Assembly (NCBI RefSeq): GCF_009914755.1
Contig: NC_060938.1
Strand: one strand, 5' to 3'
DNA from: the human T2T-CHM13v2.0 reference genome, Homo sapiens
DNA length: 64,000 nucleotides
Both the position numbers and the translations under genes were made by a program. The notes below the pieces were generated by a model. It was not told the DNA's origin and searched no databases. It was given only the letters and a program-made list of their open reading frames with translations. Shown here one piece after another: positions 49,978 to 64,000 of this stretch (position 1 is its first letter; each line of letters starts with the position of its first letter).

Positions 49978-50875
49978 CAGGATCTCATTTTTTTATGATT
50001 GAATAGTACTCCACTGTGTATACATGTGCCACATTTTCTTTATCCAGTGATCTGTTGAACACTTAGGGTGCTTCCAAATATTGGCTATTGTGAACAGTGC
50101 TGCAACAAACATGGAGGTGCAGATATCTCTTCAATATACTGATTTCCTTTCTTTGGAGTATATACCCAGTAGTGGGATTGCTGGATCATATGGTAGCTCT
50201 ATTTTTAATTTTCTGAGGAACCTCCAAAATTTTCTCCATAGTGATTGTACTAACTTACATTCTCACCAACAGATGGGCAGTTTGCAAGTATTTTCTCCCA
50301 TATTGTCTCTTCACTTTGTTGATTGTTTCCTATGCTGTGCAGATTTTTAACTTGATGTGATCCCATTTGTCCATTTTTGCTTTGGTTGCCTGTGCTTGTG
50401 GGATATTGCTCAAGAAATGTTCACCCTTTTTACCCTTTTTCCACATGCTCACCAGCATTTGTTATTACTTGTCTTTTAGTTAAAAGCCATTTTAACTGGA
50501 GTGAGACAATAATCTAATTGTAGTTTTGATTTGCATTTCGTTGATGATCAGTGATATTGAACACCTTTTCATATGCCACTTTGCCATTTGTATGTCATCT
50601 TTTGAGAAACGTCTATTCAATTATTTGGTCTTTTTTAAAAAAATCAGGTTATTAGATCTTTTCCAATAGAGTTGTTTGAGCTCCTTATATATCCTGGTTG
50701 TTAATTCCTTGTCAGATGGATAGTTTGCAAATATTTTCTCCCATTCTGTAGGTTGTCTCTTCTCTTTATTGATTGTTTCCTTTGCTGTGCAGAAGATTTT
50801 TAAGTTGATGGGATCTCATTTGTCCATTTTTGTTTTGGTTGCCTGTGCTTGTGGGGTATTGCTCAAGAAATATTT

Positions 50876-57321
<6,446 letters not shown>

Positions 57322-60300
57322 CAAGAAATTTTTGCTTAGACCAGCTTAGACCAATGTCCTAGAGATTTTCCCTTATATTTTCTGTAGTAGTTTCATAATC
57401 TGGAGTCTTAGATTTAAGTCTTTCATCCATTTTGATTTGATTTTTGTATATGGCAAGGGTTAGTTGTCTAGTTTTATTCTTCTGCATATGGAAATCCAGT
57501 TTTCCCAGCACCATTTATTGAAGAGACTGTCTTTTCCCCAGTGTATGTTCTTGGCACTTTTGTTAAAAATTAGTTCACTGTAGGTGTGTGGATTTGTTTC
57601 TGGGTTTTCTATTCTGTTCCATTGGTCTATGTGTTTTTATGTCAGAACCATACTGTTTTGTTTACTCTGTCTCTGTAGTATAATTTAAAGTGAAGTAAAG
57701 AGATTCCTCCAGTTTTGTTCTTTTTGCTTAGGGTAACTTTGGTTCTTCTGAATCTCTTCTGGTTCCATATACATTTTGGGATTGTTTTTTCTATTTCTGT
57801 GAAGAATGTCATTGTTATTTTGATAGAGATTGCATTGAATCTGTATATTGCTTTGGGTAGCACCTACATTTTTACAATATTGACTCTTCCAATCCATGAA
57901 CAAGGACTGTCTTTTCATTTTTTGGTGTTCTCTTTAATTTCTGTCATCAGTGTTTTATAGTTTTCTTTGGTTAAATTAATCTCTTGGTATTTAATTTCAT
58001 CTGTAGCTGTGATAAATGGGAGTGTTTTCTAAAATTTCTTTTTCAGATTTTTCACTGTTGTCATATAGAAATGCTACTGATTTTTGTATGTTGATTTTGT
58101 ATCCTGCAACCTTACTGAATTTATCAATTCTAACAGTTTTTTTGTGTGTATGTGGAATCTTCAGGTTTTTCCAAATATGTGATCATATCATCTGCAAACA
58201 AGGATAATTTGACTTCTTCCATTCCAGTTTGGATGCCCTTTATTTCTTTCTCTTGTCCGATTGCTCTGGCTAGTACTTCCAGTACTATGTTGAATAACAG
58301 TGGTGCAAGTGGGCATCCTTGTTGTTTTCCAGATCTTAGAGGAAAGGCTTTCAGTTTTTCCCCATTCAGTATGATGTTTGTTGTGGGTCTCTCATATGTG
58401 GCTTTTATTATGTTAATGTACATTCCTTCTATACCCAATTTTTTTAGTGTTTTTATCATGAAGGGATGTTAAATTTCATCAAATGCATTTTCAGCATCTA
58501 TTGAAATGATCATATGGTTTTTGTCCTTCACTCTGTTGATGTGATGTATCACATTGATTGATTTGCGTATGTTGAATCATCCTTGCATCCCAGGGATAAA
58601 TCCCACTTAGTCATGATGCATGATCTTTTTAACGTATTGTTGACCACGTTTGCTAGTATTTTGTTGAGGATTTTTGCATCAATATGCATCAGAGATATTG
58701 GCCTACAGTTTTCTTTTTTTGATGTGTCTTGGTCTTGTTTTGGTATTATGATAATACTGGCCTTGTAGAATGTGTTTGGAAGTCTTCCCTCTTCTTCTGT
58801 TTTCCAGAATAGTTTGAGTAGGATTGGTATTTGTTCTTCTATAAATATTTATTAGAATTCAGTAGTGAAGCCATCAGGTCCAAGGCTTTTCTTTACTGGG
58901 ATACTTTTTATTATGGCTTCGATTTCTTTACTTGCTCTTGGTCTGTTCAGGTTTTAGATTTCTTCCTGGCTCAATCTCAGTAGGTTGTTTGTGTCTAGGA
59001 ATGTGTCCATTTCTTCTAGATTTGTCAATTTATTGGCATATAGTTGCTCATAGTAGCCACTAATAATCCTTTGAATTTCTGTCATATTGTTTATAGTATC
59101 TCTTTTCATCTTTGAGTTTACTTATTTGGATTTTCTCTCCTTTTTTCTTAGTCTGGCTTTTGTTATATTGATCTCTTGTATTTTTTTTCATTTCAAATTT
59201 ATTCATTTCTGCTCTGATCTTTATTGTTTCTTCTACTAATTTTGGGTTTGGTTTGCTCTTTCTTTTCTAGTTCTTTAAGATGCATTGTTAGGTTGTTTGT
59301 TTGAGTTTTTCTTCTTTTTTGCTGTAGGCTCTTACCGCTATAAACTTCCCTCTTAGTACTACTTTTGCTGTATCCTGTAGTCAATGTTGTGTTTCCATTA
59401 TCATTTGTTTCAAGAAGTTTTTCAGTTTTCTTCTTAATTTCTTCATCGACCCACTGGTCATTCAGGAGCATATTGTTTAATTTTGGTGTGTTTGTGTAGT
59501 TTCCAGAATTCCTCCTGTTATTAATTTCTAGTTTTCTTCTATTGTGGTTAGAGAAGATGTTTGATATTATTTCAGTTTTTTTAATGTTTTAAGACTTGTT
59601 TTGTGACCTAACATATGATCTACCCATGAGAATGATCCATGTGCTGAGGAAAAGAATGTGCATTCTGCGGCCGTTGGACGAAATGTTCCGTAACTGTCTA
59701 GTAGATCCATTTAGTCTGTAGTTCAGATTCAGTCCGAAGTTTCTTTGTTGATTTTCTTTATGGAAAATATGTTCATCTCTGAAAGTGGGATGTTGATATA
59801 TCCAGCTATTATTGTATTGGAGCCTATATCTCTCTTTAGCTCTAATAATACTTGCTTTATATATATATGGATGCTCGAATGTTGAGTGCATATATATTTA
59901 AAATTGCTGCATCCTCTTGCTGAATTGACCACTTTATCATTATATAATGACCTTGTTTGTCTTTCCTTAGAGTTTTTGTCTTGAAATTTGTTTTGTCTGA
60001 TATAAGCATAGCTACTCCTGCCCTTTCTGTATCATTTTAGTGACAAATTTAGCAATTAAAAATATAAACATTTTGACAAATGAATTTGGTGAGAATATCA
60101 ATAAAATTTGAGATGTGATTAAAGGATAGTATCTTTATCTGCTTTATAACTATTTTATGAAATTATAGAGTGACAGTAATTAATATACTATGCCACTTCC
60201 TGATGAATAAACTGTTCAATCCCATTGCTTCAAAATAAATTTCAAAATTGCAGAGTTTAATAAAAGTAAAAAGAAACAAACCAGTATAAATTATGCATAA

Positions 60301-62565
60301 ATATGCAATTGTGGGGAATGTGTTAGGATTTTCAAGGATAATGTCAAATGAAGAAATAATATAGGATTACATAAATTTAAATAAACATTTAATGTAGTTA
60401 AATATGCTACAAATATTTATTTTACAAGAACACTTAGCATTTATTTCTTGAGCATGAATGAGTGAATTTTTTATGTTTCTACCATGTAGTTTGGAAAAAT
60501 CCCTATTCCTGGGTGATTTCTAATTTATTTGGAATGAAAATAATAGGTGGTCACACAACTCTTGACCATGCTTCCTCTTTTTCTTCAGATACACTTCTTA
60601 AGTTTCTACTTTCATTTCTTTTCTCCTGTATTCTTCTTTCTCCATGTCAGCTTACAAAATCACATTCCCAAAACAAGCCCAACTCAGATGTCAGCAGCTC
60701 CATGAAACGTTCTTTCTCCCATAGCCAAAATAATCTGCCCCACCTTTGAATCCTTATAGGTCCTACTTAGTTATTACATTTTAATCTTAATAATTTTATA
60801 TTAAATTTAATTGAAAATGTAAAGGATAATTTAGTAGAGAATATCTCTACTGTATCGTGAGTACACACGATAGTACAGTTAGTGCTATGCCGTGTTCATT
60901 TTCTCGGGTCATAATTTGTGTCCTTAGTAACACACACTGTGATTTGATTGCATTCTGACCAAATATTTTGTTACTGGCTATAAAAGACAGAGACACAGTT
61001 TAATATGTAGATCATGTGTCTCCTGAAAATAAATACCACATAATATGTGTCACAAAATTTTCAAGTAAATTTTTAAAAATGTGATAGGTGAATTAAGTTA
61101 TCATACAGCTGATGATGGAATAGACATGGCAATGTAAAAAAATCTGCACTGAGTCAGTATTTTATCATATTTGGAGAATTTAGTTTCAACAAAACTATCT
61201 GCTAAATTAAATTAATGTTGATTAAAAATGCCTTGATATTATGGTTATTTTATTTATTTTTAAGTGTGTTTTGATTTTATAATTGTATTATATATGTATG
61301 AAGTGTGTATACTCAATTTCATATTTGTACACAAACATCATTTTGCAATCTAAGTCAATATCAGGAGTCTGGTAAGACTTTTTCTTCTAAAACATTTTGT
61401 ATATTACTCAAAGTTGTGAAATATTGATACGTACTGCCTAATATGATTTGGGTCAGAGGCAGAAGAAATCAGAGTAGTAAGAAATGTCATTTTGGATGAT
61501 AGCTGCGTCATGATTGTAACATAATAAGTAATGATTTTTTATTCATCTATTATGACAACTATCCATTTGTCAAATAATCTAGAAAGAACTTTTTCCAGAT
61601 CTTAAATCAGTATGTGTCCTTATTAGTTGTTTTGTAAATATTCTAATTTTAAAATAGATAAATTAAGGAATGGTTTTTAATGTTTTCCTCAATGGTGTGT
61701 TTAGTACTTTATTTCTTTAATCCCCCATGTGTCTTCCTATTGTCCTGATTTGCAGCACCCCATTTTATAGCCTGTGTAATTATTATGTGAAGTGTTTTAC
61801 ATATTTATATTGAAATCTTATATTCAAATGGCAAGATATTTCAAAAATTTTTTGAACATAGATGCTTCTATTGGCTCATTGAAACTTTAACTTATTATTT
61901 TTACTTATATTCTCTTATATTCTTTACTTGTATTCCAAATAGGTGAAAGTGGTCATTTCACATATCTGTTAACCACTTTTACTTAAAAGTAAAATTTGGT
62001 CAAAATGGGAGAAATTAAAAACACTCAATTCTTTATCTATTTCCAAGTCTTGGCACCCTTTGGCTATTGCTTTTTTCCCTATAAAATTGTTTCCTTAGAT
62101 ATTTCTAAAATCTAGAAATATTTCTGAACATATACCTTATAATTTTTATTTTTAAATATTAATAAAATGTGATCATACAATATCATATTGTAGTTTGTTT
62201 AGAATCCAATATGATTTTTAGAAGCACAGTTTTATTCAACCAACAGATAGATAATCAGAACCATTTGGTCAAAGAAGTAAATAATTTTAAATATGGTTTG
62301 ACCTTAATTTTATAAAACTATTTTTGTGATTTATATAACATTCAGATTAATAAACTAACTGAAAATTATAATTGAATTTTTAGAATACTGTAAGCAATGT
62401 TTTTATTTATTGTATTTAACATTACTTTTACTTACCATTCTTGTTGCAAAAAAAAAAACCTTGTCTTTTAGAGAATACAATGATATTATTTACATTAATT
62501 CATGTGGCTTGGTGAAAAAAAATGCTATAACTCCTTTACTTAATGGGATTCTTCCCCTGTGGCAG

Positions 62566-62673
62566 TGCAAACGGTTAGAGCAGGAGCTTCATCATGTGAA
62601 AGAGCAGAACCAGACTTCAGCAAACAACATGAGACATCTGACTGCTGAAAACAATCAAGAACGTGCTCTGAAG
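62566..62673 (+). CDS. MIPOL1: MIPOL1 internal coding exon, 108 nt, CKRLEQELHHVKEQNQTSANNMRHLTAENNQERALK
   Basis: ttcttcccctgtggcag|TGC ... AAG|gtaaat; 36 codons, phase 0-0; directly continues ...DAALSK of the previous exon. Confidence 0.95.
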
Positions 62674-64000
62674 GTAAATCTCCGTTCCTTCTTGCAGGCA
62701 AATTAAGGTTGTAAGCCCTTGGTGCCAGCTTTCTGTGCTGCATATATCAGTTGTGTACATTTCAGCAGAAGTGAGCTGTGGTGTTTGCCAACAACCCCTT
62801 CTTTAAACACAGATACAGCACCCTTTTGTTATGGTATTATTTTATTTCATGTATGTGTACGTGAAAACAACACATTTTCTGAATTTTGAGTGGTGGTATA
62901 TTAATAACTTTTGGTAAATGTTTATTCTGTTTCTTTTTTATATCATTACCTTTTGTAGTTAATAAAAAGTGACCATACTAAAAGAAAAAAAATTAAATCA
63001 TGGGCCTTTGCTTTGCATCAATATTTATTATAATAATTTTTAAAAGGACTTGTAATATTCACAGAACTGACAGTCCTTGAAGAATATGTGTTTGGGAAAT
63101 GAATATGTGTTTGAAGAGCGTGTTTGGGAAATGAAGAGGTACTTAGAATGTTACAATAAAAGAGAGAGAAAGATGGTAAATAATAAATTCAACTAGAACT
63201 TTAAACAAGTGAAATACACATTTCATGACAAAAAGTTCTGTCTCATTGTATTATAGATCGAGTAATTATGAAAAAGGACATGGTTTTAATTCTACTAATT
63301 GTATTTTTTTCTTAAGGTGCTTGTGACTTTTCATTCTACTTTTTATCTTTTGCCTAGTTCCCAGTATAGTGCCTGTACACAGTAGTTGTCTCTACCCTCA
63401 AGGTGCTTGCATTCTCATGCTAACCTGTTAAGGTTTAAAAAAAGAAATCCATGAGAAACAGAAAAGATTCATCATTGTTTTTATTGTACAATAAGAAAAG
63501 ATTTGCTACCAAGAATATTATATTCTACTTTGCTGTCTTAAATTTGTTTTTTTGCTGCATATTACAGAGCAATATCATGGCATTAGCTGTGTAATTCACT
63601 AAGCTGGAATCATGTACCAAAATTGAGGAAAATGGTGACATTTTAATGTAGAAAATATTTTTAATCTGTCTAAGAAGTATGAGATTTGGTGGAAGTCAGG
63701 TTTTTCCACAAAATGTATTTAACTTCATTTTGATATTCTTAGTGGTAGGCTTATAATAACTTTGTTATATTTGTCTAATGCACTTTTCTTCTTTAGATAG
63801 ATGAAAACAATACATGAGAAAGGAACAAATTATAGATTGCTGTGATTATTTCTAATTACCCCCAAGGAATTTACTATTTTATGAAAACTAATAATAATTT
63901 TTAAAATGTATACTTGCAAAATAGAAAACAGTATTTGAAAAGCAGCTTCCATAATGTGTGCTAATTTATTGTCAGTGTTAGGGGACAGATTTAATGGGCT

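Noticed and set aside
62410-62706. 98-aa ORF in the track
   Set aside because: Only 62566-62673 is the real exon; the rest is intronic read-through.

Overview
Human/great-ape genomic DNA from the middle of MIPOL1 (+ strand; identified by recognising the encoded peptide, not by a database search). Three coding exons are present: 1114-1147, 1407-1577 and 62566-62673. The 61-kb intron between the last two is mostly transposable-element debris: about 23 Alus, L2s (one retaining endonuclease motifs), old L1M fragments, Tigger/MADE1/hAT DNA transposons and an ERV-L pol-dUTPase fragment without LTRs. It also holds a 16.5-kb nested LINE block, with two full-length L1PA elements inside an old L1MA, all antisense to the gene. 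Best candidate for something new: the younger full-length L1 has its antisense promoter and an open ORF0 pointing in the MIPOL1 sense direction. It carries an apparently copy-specific strong splice donor (ATG|GTGAGC) exactly in frame with the next MIPOL1 exon, predicting an ORF0-MIPOL1 C-terminal fusion. This is a sequence-based prediction with no expression evidence. TE subfamily calls come from recalled consensus diagnostics, and boundaries of old elements are approximate.
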